From a virus (taxonomy: Duplodnaviria > Caudoviricetes), in the IMG/VR virus record IMGVR_UViG_3300033273_000313, positions 2,025 through 66,024 of that record: DNA of 64,000 nt. One strand, written 5' to 3'. Of the stretch, positions 44,396 to 55,424 are shown in pieces (position 1 is the stretch's first letter; every line of letters begins with the position of its first letter). Below the pieces are notes generated by a model that saw only the letters and a list, made by a program, of their open reading frames with translations, did not search any database and had not been told where the DNA came from. The translations under genes were made by a program, and so were the position numbers.

Positions 44396-45612
44396 TGACA
44401 AACGATTTCGATTGGACTAGTAGGTCTACTGGTGGACCTCAATACTATGAACCTGCTTGGTCCAGTTTTATGAACAACTATAATATTGGTGGTACTGAAC
44501 CAGGAACATATAACGTTACTAGACAGTATTGCTGGAACATCACATTCAATAACTACGGTAAACAAAAGTTTTGGACTGCTGTTGATGACTACGGTGATGT
44601 CCGTATCAATGGAGCTTATCAATTTAGTATGGGTGGATATGGTGGTCAGTCATCTAGAACTACACCAGGATATTTTGCCCCAGGAACATATACTATTTGT
44701 GCTACCTCGGTAAACTCTGGTGCTGGTCCTTATGGGGTAGCATTAGATTGGTATGGATATGATCCACCACCAGCACCAACTATTACTTCTTTTAGTGCTA
44801 GTCCAAACCCACAGAATAGTAGTAACGGAAATCCTCAATATAGCACTACATTATCTTGGAACTCTAGTGGTCTTGGTATTTCTAGTGCTACAATTACTAG
44901 TAGTGCTGGTGAGAGTTGGAATGTTTCTTCTAGTGGTAGTTTAAACATTAGTAACTTACCACAATCTAATGCTAATGGTACAAGTCCTGCTACCAGAAGT
45001 TATACTCTCACTGTTAGTAATAGTGGCGGATCAGATACCGAGAACATTACTGTCTCTTCATATAATGACAATACACATACTAATGGTTGGACTACATCAT
45101 TCACTAATTTAGACCCCAGCACCCAAGTTACCGTAACTCTTGGAACTCTTGCTGGTGTTGATATGCCGACTACAATTTCTACCTCTGGTTCTGGTAACTT
45201 TATTGGTTTGAATAATTCTTTTAGTGGTTCTATCAATTTCAGTAATGGTCAAGCAGTAAAACTTAGAACTACTACATTACCATTCAATACTAGTATGTCT
45301 GGTGTTGGTGCTAACGATACATTTGGCAATGTGAATAACAAGGTTGTGACTGTTACCACACCAAGTGGAAGTTTTGATGTCACATTCCAAACTAGAGCAC
45401 CTAGAGTTAAGGAAGACTTTAACTATGCCGATACTCTCAATACATTCCCTTATGAAGACATTGACTTGATTACAAACAATCCTGTAGAGTATGCTGTTAG
45501 TGCTCAGGTTGATGTTAATGATATTGAGATTGCCCAAGAGATCAAAGCATCTGATCCAGATTTACAGGTCAGCATAAATAATGGTAATTGGCAGAATGTA
45601 AGAGAGCTCTAA
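44395..45612 (+). CDS. fibre/adhesin paralog 3 with an aromatic-rich (lectin/PA14-like) N-domain
   Basis: AVDDYGDVRING motif; shared C-terminal domain. Confidence 0.75.
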   Translation: MTNDFDWTSRSTGGPQYYEPAWSSFMNNYNIGGTEPGTYNVTRQYCWNITFNNYGKQKFWTAVDDYGDVRINGAYQFSMGGYGGQSSRTTPGYFAPGTYTICATSVNSGAGPYGVALDWYGYDPPPAPTITSFSASPNPQNSSNGNPQYSTTLSWNSSGLGISSATITSSAGESWNVSSSGSLNISNLPQSNANGTSPATRSYTLTVSNSGGSDTENITVSSYNDNTHTNGWTTSFTNLDPSTQVTVTLGTLAGVDMPTTISTSGSGNFIGLNNSFSGSINFSNGQAVKLRTTTLPFNTSMSGVGANDTFGNVNNKVVTVTTPSGSFDVTFQTRAPRVKEDFNYADTLNTFPYEDIDLITNNPVEYAVSAQVDVNDIEIAQEIKASDPDLQVSINNGNWQNVREL

Positions 45613-45613
45613 G

Positions 45614-45823
45614 ATGGCGCTAGAAAGAACAGAGGTTGTTGATGCTATTGAGATTAGACCTTTACTACAGCAAGTAGGTGTCAGAAAGACAGTTACTACA
45701 ACTGTGGATGGAGAAACAGTATCTGTAAATTCTTACGAGACTCACTTCTCTCAAGGAGATGATATTTCTGCTGAAGATGCTTTGTTCCAAAGCATTGCTA
45801 ATCATTATTGGGGTACATTATGA
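45614..45823 (+). CDS. hypothetical protein (fibre-associated)
   Basis: 69-aa ORF within the operon. Confidence 0.65.
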   Translation: MALERTEVVDAIEIRPLLQQVGVRKTVTTTVDGETVSVNSYETHFSQGDDISAEDALFQSIANHYWGTL

Positions 45824-45996
45824 AAAAATTTCCTGTGGTATATGACATGGATCCAAGTGATCCACATTATAAATCTAGAATCTTTGAAATTGAGGGAGAC
45901 CAACCCCAAGAGATTACAGCAGATAAACCAATTCAGGTAAGAATTAACAACGGTCCTTGGATTAACGTTAGGCAGTCTGACCTAAATAACAAATAG
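45820..45996 (+). CDS. small protein retaining only the terminal motif of the fibre paralogs
   Basis: EITADKPIQVRINNGPWINVRQ versus EIKVDQPDAQISINNGSWQNVRE. Confidence 0.65.
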   Translation: MKKFPVVYDMDPSDPHYKSRIFEIEGDQPQEITADKPIQVRINNGPWINVRQSDLNNK

Positions 45997-46023
45997 AAAT
46001 AGCACGTGATAGAGTAGTAATCC

Positions 46024-49000
46024 ATGCCATTTAGCAGTACCGCTGTAAACGTAAATCCTGGGGATAAAGTACAGGTACGATATCCAACTCCAAGTACCTG
46101 GAATACTCAGGTTACTGTTAATGTACAAATTGGTACTGGATCTGACCCTGATGGTGTCACGTTTGGTACAAAAATTCCTGATGCACTACCAGACACCTTT
46201 AACTTTACTGATCAATCTGGATTTACTGGTGCTTTTAATGGAACCAACAGTAGTGGTGGCACTACAACTTTCCAAAGAAATACAACATATTATTCTGATG
46301 TAGTTGACCTAGCAAATTTCGAGATCCCTATTCCCGCTAGCGTCTCTGCTGTATCTAACGGTCCTAAGAATAGTAATACAAATAATACGACAGCACAGTT
46401 TAGAATTTATAGGGATGGTGCTTTTGATTCTTGGAGAACATCTATTAGTGCTAATGTTGCTGATGGTACTGGTGGTCTACAACCTGGAGATAAAGTACAA
46501 CTAAGAGTAACTGTTCCTGATTGGTATGTTACTAGCACTGTTGTGACATTCAATGTTGGTGATGAGACATTTGGTACTAACATTAATCAATCATCTACAT
46601 CATTCAGCAGAACGTGGGGTATTACAACTAGAGCACAAGATCAGGATATCAACCAGTTTACTTTTACTGATAGAGTAGACCAGAAGATTCCTGCTGATGG
46701 TGAAGCGGATTATTTTTATCAAAATATTCCCATCTCTGGTATTGATGGTGATGTTGTGCTTAGAGCATCCTCTACGAGTTCTGTAGATATCTCTGCTGAC
46801 AATAGTAACTGGAGTTCATCTATTGGTGCTCAATTAGTTCTCGGTGATACTCTCTATACTAGAATTCGTAACGGTCCTAATTATACTCAAAAGAGGAGTG
46901 GTGCTGTAACTGTATTTGCTACTGGTGGTGATACTTATACTAGAGGTGGCAACAATTATGAGAATACTACTGCTGGTACATATGGATCTGGAAATTATCA
47001 AATAACACAGACTCTTGGTGATGTAGATGACGACTGGCAGTCGTGGACTGAGGTAGATAGATATCCAGATACTGCTAGTATTGCTCCTATCTTTACCTAT
47101 GGAGCTAAACTAAACCTATCAGGAACAGCACCAACATCTGGATTCCTCCTCAATACACATTATGATGTTGCTGGTGGTAACGGAAACAGTATGAGGGTTA
47201 TGGTAACCACCGATGGATTTGATAATTTAATTGTTAGTGATCCTGGTTACGGTTATAGTATTGGTGATACTGTAACTATTACTGGTGGTGGTGGTGAAGT
47301 TTGTACTTTGACTGTCGCTGAATATGAAAAAGTTCTAGTATCTGCTGACGCTACACATAACAGAGCAGAACCAGACTTTATGTATTTTGGTGATGTTACT
47401 ATCACTGGTCTAGGTACAGAATATGCTAGTGGCACATATAATAATCTAGAGTCACCTTACACTAATCTAGCAAACAACAATCCAACCACTGCTCAAAACC
47501 TAGTAGCATCATTGAACGGTCAAGGTGTTAAGATGACTGCTATCATCGATGGCACTGGTGGTTTTATTAGAAAGAATAATACTGGTGCTTGGGTACAGCA
47601 ACTAACAGTTGAAGAAGACGATATCATCAACATGAAGATTCGTGCTTCTAATGTTTATGAAAATAGTGTAACTGCTACTGTTAGGCTACAAGGTCCTCCA
47701 GATGGTAACCCAGATATTGGTAACCCAACTGGTGGTCCATCAACACCAACTTATACAGAAATTACTCATTCTATTACTCTTATTACGAGAGAGCAGAGAA
47801 CAGTTCCTTATCCATTCCACGCTACTCCTGTCTTCTTGTCTGACCCAGGTGTAGAACAAATTGCTGAAGTGAAAATAGATGGACTGGATGCTTCTACTAC
47901 AGCAACAATTACTGGTGGTGTTGGTAGTCTCAGTGTAGACCAAGTTAACTGGGGATCTTCTGTTACTGTACTACCATCAAATCAAATTCTATTTGTTAGA
48001 CAGAATGCTTCTACAGTATCTGGTGGTTTAAAACAACTGTCATATAGAATTGGTAACACTGCTGATGTTATTGCTGGTAATGCTATCATTGATACGTTTA
48101 GAGTATATACTAGACAGTTCAACACTCTTGGTGATTTTATTACAGAGACTTGGTTTGGACAGGGATTCGTTGATTACACAGAGTTTACTATCCCTGCTTT
48201 TGCTGCCACAGAATTCTATCTCTCACTAGTCGGTGCTGGTGGAGGAAATGGTGGTGGTGACGTACCAAATAGTACAGGTGGTCCTGGTGGTGCTGGTAAT
48301 ATCCTTAGAGTTCTTGTACAGATTCCTATTAGTGCTTGGCCAACTAATCAATTCGGCAATCCCGACTACAAACTAAGAATTTATCCTGCTGATGCTGGTG
48401 ACGATGGTGATGATTATGTAGTTGGCAGCGGTGGTGGCTCTGGTGGTTTTGGTTATTGTTATGGTGGTGATGGTGGTGACGCTGGTCCTGGAGACGCCTC
48501 TGGTGGCGGCGGCGGTGGCGGTGGTGCCTCTGCTATTACACTCACCGATGGCACATTGATCGCCCTCGCTGGTGGTGGAGGCGGTGGTGGTGGCGCTGGT
48601 AACGATACTGCTACTCCGTTGTCTATTCAATATGGTAACCATAGTGGAAATGGCACAGTTCAAACTACCACGATTAACCTAAATCTTCCTGGTGATGATG
48701 CTCCAGATAGAACTGGTCAGGGTGGTGGTCCTGGTGGTGGAGGTGGTGGCTATGATGGCACTGCTGGTACACTAATTAATACCTACACAGAAAATAGCAC
48801 CACTCTACAAACTGTTGATCTAGACTCTACTGGTGGTAATGGTGGTGGTGCTTTCTACAATGCCACGTACTGTACACCGTTGTCAGCAGCACAAGTTAGT
48901 GGTCAAGGTGCTGCTGCTGGCGAAGAAGGTGCTATTTATGTCGAATACTCACAGCAAGACATCACACCCGACGCTTTCTCGTTTGATACTGTAGATGGCG

Positions 49001-51765
49001 CTACTGTACAGACAACATATTCCTCTAACTTAGAACAGATTACTGGCATTACAGGTGGTGTATCTGTAACAACTAATTCTCCTGGTATTACATCTGCCGT
49101 GAGAGTATGTACTACTTCAAATCCCTCTAGTTGTGGAGCATACACAGCAGGCGTTACGGTCTTTAACAACCAATATATTCAAGTTCAAGCAACAACTGGT
49201 AACCAGTTCAATACTACATACACAACTGCTGTTACTGTTGGTGATACTACTTCTAACTTTGATATCAATGCTGGTCCACCACCTGATTCTGAACCAAATG
49301 GATTCTTCCTTGAGGATGTAACTGGCGCTTCTATTAGCACTCTTACCACAAGTGAAGAAGTTCAGATCTCTGGTATTACTGTACCTGTAAGTATTACTGC
49401 TACTAATGGTGCTGAAATTAGTGTAGAAGGAAATGCTTGGGTCAGTGGTGCTACTGGTACTACCATTTCAAATGGACAACAGTTCCGTGTCAGAATTACA
49501 TCATCTGCTGACTTCACTGATACTGTAACCACAGAAATTACGGTTGGTACAGGAGATCCTGTTGAATGGAATGTTACTACTGGTGCTGAAGCAGATAGCA
49601 CACCTAATGGTTACTCTTGGTTGCCTGTTAACCCTGCTGATCTAGAGACTGAATATACTAGTAACACAAACTTGATTCAAGGTCTTGATACTACTGTTGA
49701 CTTCATTGTTGAGGCAGGTGCTGGTGACCAGGGTGCTAACACTGACCTAGCATACATTGTCAAGAATGGTGTAAATCTAGGTGCTGGTGTTACACAGACA
49801 ACAGTACAAAACTTTGATACTCTTGCCTTGAATTATACTACTAGTGATGTTATTGGTGAAGCAAGAGTCTTCAATACAAAGATTGGTCTTGCTGGATCTA
49901 CCGCTGGATATTATGAAAGAGAATGGAATGTAACTATTGGTGGTGCATTTGGTACAGATCCTAATGACTTCGCATTCGCTACCGTACTTGCTACTGGTCC
50001 TGGTGTAGTAACAACATCTGCCGAAACTATTACTATCAGTGGTCTATCTACAGGTATCAGTATTGGTCTTTATGCTACGAATGGAGCATTGATCTCTATT
50101 AATGGTGGATCATTCCTCTCATATACTGTAGCATCTCAGGCAAACGTATCTAATGGAGATCAGTTCCAAGTACAGCTAACATCTTCTGCTATTGCTGGAT
50201 TTACTAGAACAACATTTGTTACTGCTGGATCATTTACAACAGGATTCTCTGTTCAAACTCCTGCTGCTGTATCAGATCCCCTAGAGAGTCAGTGGTATAG
50301 TTCTATCACACCATGTAAGTACATTGGTAATACATTCAGTGGTAATCAGATTAGAATCAACACTAAGTTTGATGGTCTGCCTGTTGGATCTATTATGCCT
50401 ATATTCCAAGATGGCACTGAGTCTGACTCCTGGGGTACACTAGATGGCAAACCAGGATCTAGATTCCCGAGTTTCGTATATTGTGATGGTACATATTACG
50501 ATCCAGCAGAGTATCCATTGCTATTTGAAGTGCTTGAGTATGAGTATGGTGCTAAGGTAGTAGGTAGTGCCACATACTTTAGAGTTCCTGACCTTAGAAA
50601 TAGATATGTCAAGGGCACTGGTGTTATTGATGGAACAGCTGCTTCTTCTCCTGGACTGACACCATCGTATCAACCAACAAAACAAACTGGTTCTCCTGGT
50701 AATGCTGAACCTGGAGCATTTGGTGGTATGTGGTTTGTCGATAAGATTGCTGATCCTGGCACTGGTGAACTAGAACAGGTAGAAACTCCTGCTACTGGAC
50801 AACCAGCACAAAATTCTGAATTCTTTGGCATTGCTCAGGTAACTACTACTGGTTATAGTGATGTTACTGGACAGATTGAATTCTTTACATCTGGTTCGAC
50901 AACATGTCCTGTTGGATTAGATCCTGAGAAGGTCTATGATGTCCCACTACACTTCCACGAGTTGATCTCTGGTAATTCTGACCCAGGTAAGTTCAAAGGT
51001 AAAGTTAACTGGGGTGGTACTGGTGGATATGGTATTGATGTTGTACCACCTAATGCTTCAAACCTAGGTTCTGGCACTAATGCTACATTCACATCATCTG
51101 GTACATTCTCATTCAACCTATGGGGATATGCTCTAGAAGATTATGATCTAGATGCGGATAACCTACCTGGATCTACTGGTTGTGATGAAAGTGGTTGGCA
51201 CAATGGCAGCACTTCAAACTGGCCAAATGGTACTAACCCTGGATATCAGGGTATCCTGAATGCTGGTGCGTATGGTTCTGTTACTATCCAACAGTCTGGT
51301 ATCACAGGTTCTGTGTATAATGAGATCAACTCTTATATTGACCTAGATAGTTCTCCATTCAGTGGAGAGACTGGTGCTTTTGGTGGTACTAACGCTCGTA
51401 AGTTCTTGTCTACGGTTGACATTCCAGATAAAGAGATCACTGTTAGTTCCTATAACCCAGTCAACAAACTGAAGCACAATCACTATGTCTCACTGACTGC
51501 CCATAATGATGATGAAATTTATGGATATGGTAACAATGAGACTGGCGGTACACAGAGCTCAGCACTACAAGCTTTCTCTGGTGGTGCTAATTCCTCTGTT
51601 GATCTTGAGTTCTCTGCTCTAGATGTAGGTCTTCAGGTTCTCCCTGGTACGTTCACACTACAGCAAACTAAGCAGTTGATTCCTGTCCCCGAATTTGATC
51701 CACAAGATGAAGTACCACTGGTCACACCATATACGTGGACCAAGTGGATGATCAAAGCATTCTAA
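46024..51765 (+). CDS. long tail fibre protein (1913 aa) with Ig-like repeats, poly-Gly domain and collar domain
   Basis: Repeated DxxPxxFxF...I.G...V.NGD units; C-terminal LPVGSIMP..YCDG..YPLLFEVL..FRVPDLR collar. Confidence 0.85.
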   Translation: MPFSSTAVNVNPGDKVQVRYPTPSTWNTQVTVNVQIGTGSDPDGVTFGTKIPDALPDTFNFTDQSGFTGAFNGTNSSGGTTTFQRNTTYYSDVVDLANFEIPIPASVSAVSNGPKNSNTNNTTAQFRIYRDGAFDSWRTSISANVADGTGGLQPGDKVQLRVTVPDWYVTSTVVTFNVGDETFGTNINQSSTSFSRTWGITTRAQDQDINQFTFTDRVDQKIPADGEADYFYQNIPISGIDGDVVLRASSTSSVDISADNSNWSSSIGAQLVLGDTLYTRIRNGPNYTQKRSGAVTVFATGGDTYTRGGNNYENTTAGTYGSGNYQITQTLGDVDDDWQSWTEVDRYPDTASIAPIFTYGAKLNLSGTAPTSGFLLNTHYDVAGGNGNSMRVMVTTDGFDNLIVSDPGYGYSIGDTVTITGGGGEVCTLTVAEYEKVLVSADATHNRAEPDFMYFGDVTITGLGTEYASGTYNNLESPYTNLANNNPTTAQNLVASLNGQGVKMTAIIDGTGGFIRKNNTGAWVQQLTVEEDDIINMKIRASNVYENSVTATVRLQGPPDGNPDIGNPTGGPSTPTYTEITHSITLITREQRTVPYPFHATPVFLSDPGVEQIAEVKIDGLDASTTATITGGVGSLSVDQVNWGSSVTVLPSNQILFVRQNASTVSGGLKQLSYRIGNTADVIAGNAIIDTFRVYTRQFNTLGDFITETWFGQGFVDYTEFTIPAFAATEFYLSLVGAGGGNGGGDVPNSTGGPGGAGNILRVLVQIPISAWPTNQFGNPDYKLRIYPADAGDDGDDYVVGSGGGSGGFGYCYGGDGGDAGPGDASGGGGGGGGASAITLTDGTLIALAGGGGGGGGAGNDTATPLSIQYGNHSGNGTVQTTTINLNLPGDDAPDRTGQGGGPGGGGGGYDGTAGTLINTYTENSTTLQTVDLDSTGGNGGGAFYNATYCTPLSAAQVSGQGAAAGEEGAIYVEYSQQDITPDAFSFDTVDGATVQTTYSSNLEQITGITGGVSVTTNSPGITSAVRVCTTSNPSSCGAYTAGVTVFNNQYIQVQATTGNQFNTTYTTAVTVGDTTSNFDINAGPPPDSEPNGFFLEDVTGASISTLTTSEEVQISGITVPVSITATNGAEISVEGNAWVSGATGTTISNGQQFRVRITSSADFTDTVTTEITVGTGDPVEWNVTTGAEADSTPNGYSWLPVNPADLETEYTSNTNLIQGLDTTVDFIVEAGAGDQGANTDLAYIVKNGVNLGAGVTQTTVQNFDTLALNYTTSDVIGEARVFNTKIGLAGSTAGYYEREWNVTIGGAFGTDPNDFAFATVLATGPGVVTTSAETITISGLSTGISIGLYATNGALISINGGSFLSYTVASQANVSNGDQFQVQLTSSAIAGFTRTTFVTAGSFTTGFSVQTPAAVSDPLESQWYSSITPCKYIGNTFSGNQIRINTKFDGLPVGSIMPIFQDGTESDSWGTLDGKPGSRFPSFVYCDGTYYDPAEYPLLFEVLEYEYGAKVVGSATYFRVPDLRNRYVKGTGVIDGTAASSPGLTPSYQPTKQTGSPGNAEPGAFGGMWFVDKIADPGTGELEQVETPATGQPAQNSEFFGIAQVTTTGYSDVTGQIEFFTSGSTTCPVGLDPEKVYDVPLHFHELISGNSDPGKFKGKVNWGGTGGYGIDVVPPNASNLGSGTNATFTSSGTFSFNLWGYALEDYDLDADNLPGSTGCDESGWHNGSTSNWPNGTNPGYQGILNAGAYGSVTIQQSGITGSVYNEINSYIDLDSSPFSGETGAFGGTNARKFLSTVDIPDKEITVSSYNPVNKLKHNHYVSLTAHNDDEIYGYGNNETGGTQSSALQAFSGGANSSVDLEFSALDVGLQVLPGTFTLQQTKQLIPVPEFDPQDEVPLVTPYTWTKWMIKAF

Positions 51766-51791
51766 ATAGTAAATAAAGCACCCTGATAGAG

Positions 51792-52724
51792 ATGGCGTTT
51801 AATCCAGACGATTTTCAATTTGAGAGAATCTTACCACCTGAAGAGAGGAAACCTATTCTTGAATGGGATGCTCTTCATCGTCTAATGGTTGTACGTGTGA
51901 AGCAGGATGGTGAGTGGACATATCTTGCTACTAAATTGGAACCTACAATTAACACCAACCTTCATAACAATCTACCAGATGAGTGGTCTAACGAAAACGA
52001 TAGAATTGTAAGTTTCTCAGTTTTTGAGAATGGTGAGCATATCTTTGAAAAAGAAAAGTTGAAATTTGACTTCTCTACTAAAACTTCAAAATGGTTGAGA
52101 TATGAAAAAAATGATCTTACCCTAGCTCAAGTAAAAGAACTATTTGATATTCTCAAGGCAGCACTAGCGGTACAGCAAGTTGATGCTGATGTAGTCAAGT
52201 CAAAAGCAATCATTGACATTGCTACCAGACGGGAATATCTCGTCAAGACTGATGAAGTCAAGAAAGCAACACTAGATAAACTACTTCGTGCTTCTGATTG
52301 GACACAACTAGCAGATGCTACCGAAAAGTTTGATGGTGAACTAGCATTGTGGACTGCTTATAGAACATATCTACGTGAAAATATCAAAACTCCAGAAGAT
52401 TTTGATGACATGCTAGATTATCTCATCTGGGATGAAGAATATAAATGGCCTATTGATCCATTCGCTTATCATGAACTAGACCCAAATCATGAAACTGAGT
52501 ATCTCTCTATCCCTGCTCATTTCAAGTTCAATGTTGTTGAGACGGGTGAATATGCTACTGAACAAATTGTTGGTGAGATCAAACAGTCTGCTATCCTTGC
52601 TAAACAAAGAGAAGCAGAAGGTGGTCTACCACTAGCAAAACAGATCTGGGACAAGATCAATCAGTACAGTCTAAATGAAGGACTAACTGGTGCTGTTATT
52701 GAAAACCTAAACATCACGGACTGA
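51792..52724 (+). CDS. tail fibre assembly chaperone-like protein
   Basis: LLRASDWTQLAD...W.AYR.YLR...WP motif. Confidence 0.75.
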   Translation: MAFNPDDFQFERILPPEERKPILEWDALHRLMVVRVKQDGEWTYLATKLEPTINTNLHNNLPDEWSNENDRIVSFSVFENGEHIFEKEKLKFDFSTKTSKWLRYEKNDLTLAQVKELFDILKAALAVQQVDADVVKSKAIIDIATRREYLVKTDEVKKATLDKLLRASDWTQLADATEKFDGELALWTAYRTYLRENIKTPEDFDDMLDYLIWDEEYKWPIDPFAYHELDPNHETEYLSIPAHFKFNVVETGEYATEQIVGEIKQSAILAKQREAEGGLPLAKQIWDKINQYSLNEGLTGAVIENLNITD

Positions 52725-52728
52725 TATT

Positions 52729-53112
52729 ATGTACGTTACCACAAGAAATTTTGTAGAGTGGATGAGGCACTACACAGAGGCAACACAATCAACCATTGTA
52801 CTGTTGAGAACTGTTGGTCCTGATGGTGTAGATGATGCCACTAAAGCAAACCAGATCTATTCAGCATACTATTTGAATATGCAGTCGGAGAACCCTGCTA
52901 TCTTCGATAAACTATTGTACAATGAGTTTACATTTGTAGAGTTCAGTACAGAGGAGTCAGCAGATGAATTCTGTAGAGATAACTTCCCAGGAGTTAAACC
53001 AACCGACACTGATTATTTTATTCAATACGTTATTTTTAGTAATGGATTGTATGTACGAGGAAACGACGGCATGACTGGTCTACGAGAACCGAGACCACAG
53101 ACACTGGAATAA
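52729..53112 (+). CDS. hypothetical protein
   Basis: 127-aa ORF ending the late operon. Confidence 0.7.
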   Translation: MYVTTRNFVEWMRHYTEATQSTIVLLRTVGPDGVDDATKANQIYSAYYLNMQSENPAIFDKLLYNEFTFVEFSTEESADEFCRDNFPGVKPTDTDYFIQYVIFSNGLYVRGNDGMTGLREPRPQTLE

Positions 53113-53156
53113 CTGGCACAGGGGGTTGGCAGACCCCCTTTTTTATGCCGTATAAT
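53100..53156 (+). promoter_or_regulatory. terminator hairpin overlapping an early promoter with upstream GACA-N10-TGGC motif
   Basis: GGGGGTT-ggc-AGACCCCC plus T-run; TATAAT at 53151. Confidence 0.7.
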
Positions 53157-53181
53157 AATCTCATCATCAGCAAGGCAACCG

Positions 53182-54429
53182 ATGCTCACCCTCCGTCCTC
53201 ACCAGCAGCGTGCTCTTGCTGCTCTTGAGAACAACACTCACGGTCAAGTCATTGTCCCCACTGGTGGTGGCAAGACTCTCATTATGATCAAGGATGCTCA
53301 GCGTCGTCTGACTGCTGCTGCCACCCCACAGACTATTGTAGTGGTCGCCCCACGTATTCTGCTGGCAAACCAGCTCTGTGATGAGTTCTGGAGTGCCTTC
53401 AATGGTGATGTCGATGCTGAGTTCTTCCACGTTCACAGTGGTGAGACTTCCTTTGGTAGCAGCACCAAGGTTCAGAAGATCCAGTGTCACGATGCTGTCT
53501 GTAAGACTGCTGGTCTTCACCAAGTTATCTTCACCACCTACAATTCTCTCCGTCGTATTGTAGAGGCAGGCATTGACATTGACTGTATCTATTACGATGA
53601 GGCACACAACTCTGTCCGTCGTGACTTCTTTGAGTCTGTGCTCAACGTTGATGCCAAGTCTTACTATTTCTTCACTGCCACTCCTAAGCACACTCGTTCT
53701 GCTTATGGTCGTGGCATGAACAACAGCATGGTTTACGGTCCTATTCTTGAGTCTGTTCCTGCTCCCGAGCTTGTCAACAACGGCAGCATTCTTGCTCCTG
53801 AAGTTATCTCTTATGAGGTTGATATCGAACGAGTCAAGGGTAAGTTCTCTTACGAATCTGACAAGGACACTCTCACCAATCTCATCAACGACATTGATGC
53901 TGATGGTAACAAGATCCTGGTCGCTGCTCCTAGCAGCAAGATCATGTTCAACCTGTTGTCCAAGACTAATGTCCTTGACTTCTTCCATGACAAGGGTTAT
54001 GATGTCCTTCACATCACCAGTAAGTATGGTGCTTTTGTGAACAAGACCAAGGTCAACCGTGAGCAGTTCTTCGACACCTTCAATGCTTGGGGCAAAGATC
54101 CAAACCGTAAGTTTGTGATCTTCCACTACAGCATCTTGTCCGAAGGCATCAACGTCCACGGTCTAACACACACTGTGTTCCTCCGTCAACTGGATGTCAT
54201 CCAGATGGCACAGACTGTCGGTCGTGTCATTCGTCTTAACAAAGACGACGCTGCTGACATTGCTTGTGGTAAAATTACCCCAGGCAAGTTCGAGATGTAC
54301 CGTAAGTCCACTGGCAAGGTCATTGTCCCTGTCTTCAAGAACTACGGTGCTCCTACCATCAAACGCCTTCAAAACCTTGTCGATACCATCTTCGTCAAGG
54401 GTCTCCCCGCTGTTTCTGTCACTGTCTAA
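53182..54429 (+). CDS. superfamily-2 helicase/ATPase (ResIII-like)
   Basis: LRPHQ, PTGGGKT, DEAH, FTATP, ILSEGINV, QTVGRVIR. Confidence 0.92.
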   Translation: MLTLRPHQQRALAALENNTHGQVIVPTGGGKTLIMIKDAQRRLTAAATPQTIVVVAPRILLANQLCDEFWSAFNGDVDAEFFHVHSGETSFGSSTKVQKIQCHDAVCKTAGLHQVIFTTYNSLRRIVEAGIDIDCIYYDEAHNSVRRDFFESVLNVDAKSYYFFTATPKHTRSAYGRGMNNSMVYGPILESVPAPELVNNGSILAPEVISYEVDIERVKGKFSYESDKDTLTNLINDIDADGNKILVAAPSSKIMFNLLSKTNVLDFFHDKGYDVLHITSKYGAFVNKTKVNREQFFDTFNAWGKDPNRKFVIFHYSILSEGINVHGLTHTVFLRQLDVIQMAQTVGRVIRLNKDDAADIACGKITPGKFEMYRKSTGKVIVPVFKNYGAPTIKRLQNLVDTIFVKGLPAVSVTV

Positions 54430-55424
54430 TGGAAAGCATCACACGTGTCATCGGTAATCAGATCCTTGACTGGGAACAATGTCAGGGTCTGATTAACAAC
54501 AAACGAAACCTGCTTATGGGACGCCAGGTAGTACGTGACGCCGTTATGGTTCGTGACGTATCATGGGAAGAAGCAGAAGACTTCTACAACAATCTCTCCA
54601 CACCTGATCGTGCCATGGTACGTAAGTCAGGGCAGCAAGGTGTATGTGGAGAGGGTGAGAATACATTGGGTTGGTATGATCCAGAGACTGATAGTCTCAC
54701 CAAGAATCCTACTCATGGTCGTGGCATTCTGATCTGTCAGCTATATCTTAACCAAGGTGGACGCTGTGCTTACACTCACACTGGTCCTTACAACATTCTG
54801 GACTTTCAGGTAGAGCACATCATTGCCAATGGTGGCGATCATCCTGACAACTGGTTCCTGGTGGTGTACAACGTCAATGAGAATCGTAAGCAGTCTCGTA
54901 TGACCAAGTTCATCAATCGTTGGGAGAAACGTGCTGCCAACGGTCAGGAAGAGTTTGAGAAGTGGTACACTGACCTCAAAAAAGCAGCAGACAAGGGTCA
55001 ACGTGCCAAGGTTACTATTCTTTCTATGGAAGAAGATGATCTATGTGACTACCTTGACATCTGTCCTGCCAAGTATGAGAAGTATATGTGGAGAAACATT
55101 GGCATGTCATCTCTACAACCATTCCGATTGACAAAGGCAGGTGTAGCACGTCCTGGTGGTAGTCAGGGTAACTACAAAGAGGTTCTTAACACTGTACTCA
55201 ATGAGTATCTACGTGGTGACAAAGAACTAGCACGTCAGATCTACCGTACTGTACGTATTGGTGCTGCCAAGTATGTCAATGGTGAGATCAACAACACTGA
55301 CTATGTGGAGATCATGTGTGAAATGATCGAGTTGTCAAATCACCAGGCAGTGAAGTATAATAGAGAAAAGTTTACCGCTAAAGTCCTCCGTAACACCTAT
55401 TCATGGCCCCATCTCAAAAAGTAA
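54429..55424 (+). CDS. HNH endonuclease-domain protein
   Basis: QGGRCAYT...FQVEHII..GG.DHPDNW..V..NVN..RK; TAATG-coupled to the helicase. Confidence 0.78.
   Translation: MESITRVIGNQILDWEQCQGLINNKRNLLMGRQVVRDAVMVRDVSWEEAEDFYNNLSTPDRAMVRKSGQQGVCGEGENTLGWYDPETDSLTKNPTHGRGILICQLYLNQGGRCAYTHTGPYNILDFQVEHIIANGGDHPDNWFLVVYNVNENRKQSRMTKFINRWEKRAANGQEEFEKWYTDLKKAADKGQRAKVTILSMEEDDLCDYLDICPAKYEKYMWRNIGMSSLQPFRLTKAGVARPGGSQGNYKEVLNTVLNEYLRGDKELARQIYRTVRIGAAKYVNGEINNTDYVEIMCEMIELSNHQAVKYNREKFTAKVLRNTYSWPHLKK
55332..55361 (+). promoter_or_regulatory. internal sigma70-like promoter for the methyltransferase
   Basis: TTGTCA-18 nt-TATAAT, 41 nt upstream of the MTase ATG. Confidence 0.5.

Noticed and set aside
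38781-51765. Possible diversity-generating retroelement or invertible fibre cassette
   Set aside because: No reverse transcriptase or recombinase in the window and no adenine-specific template/variable repeat pair seen; the similarities are ordinary paralogy.
53167-54159. 330-aa antisense ORF over the helicase; likewise 5265-5903 over gp32
   Set aside because: Exactly antiparallel to well-conserved genes with biased codons, a typical artefact.
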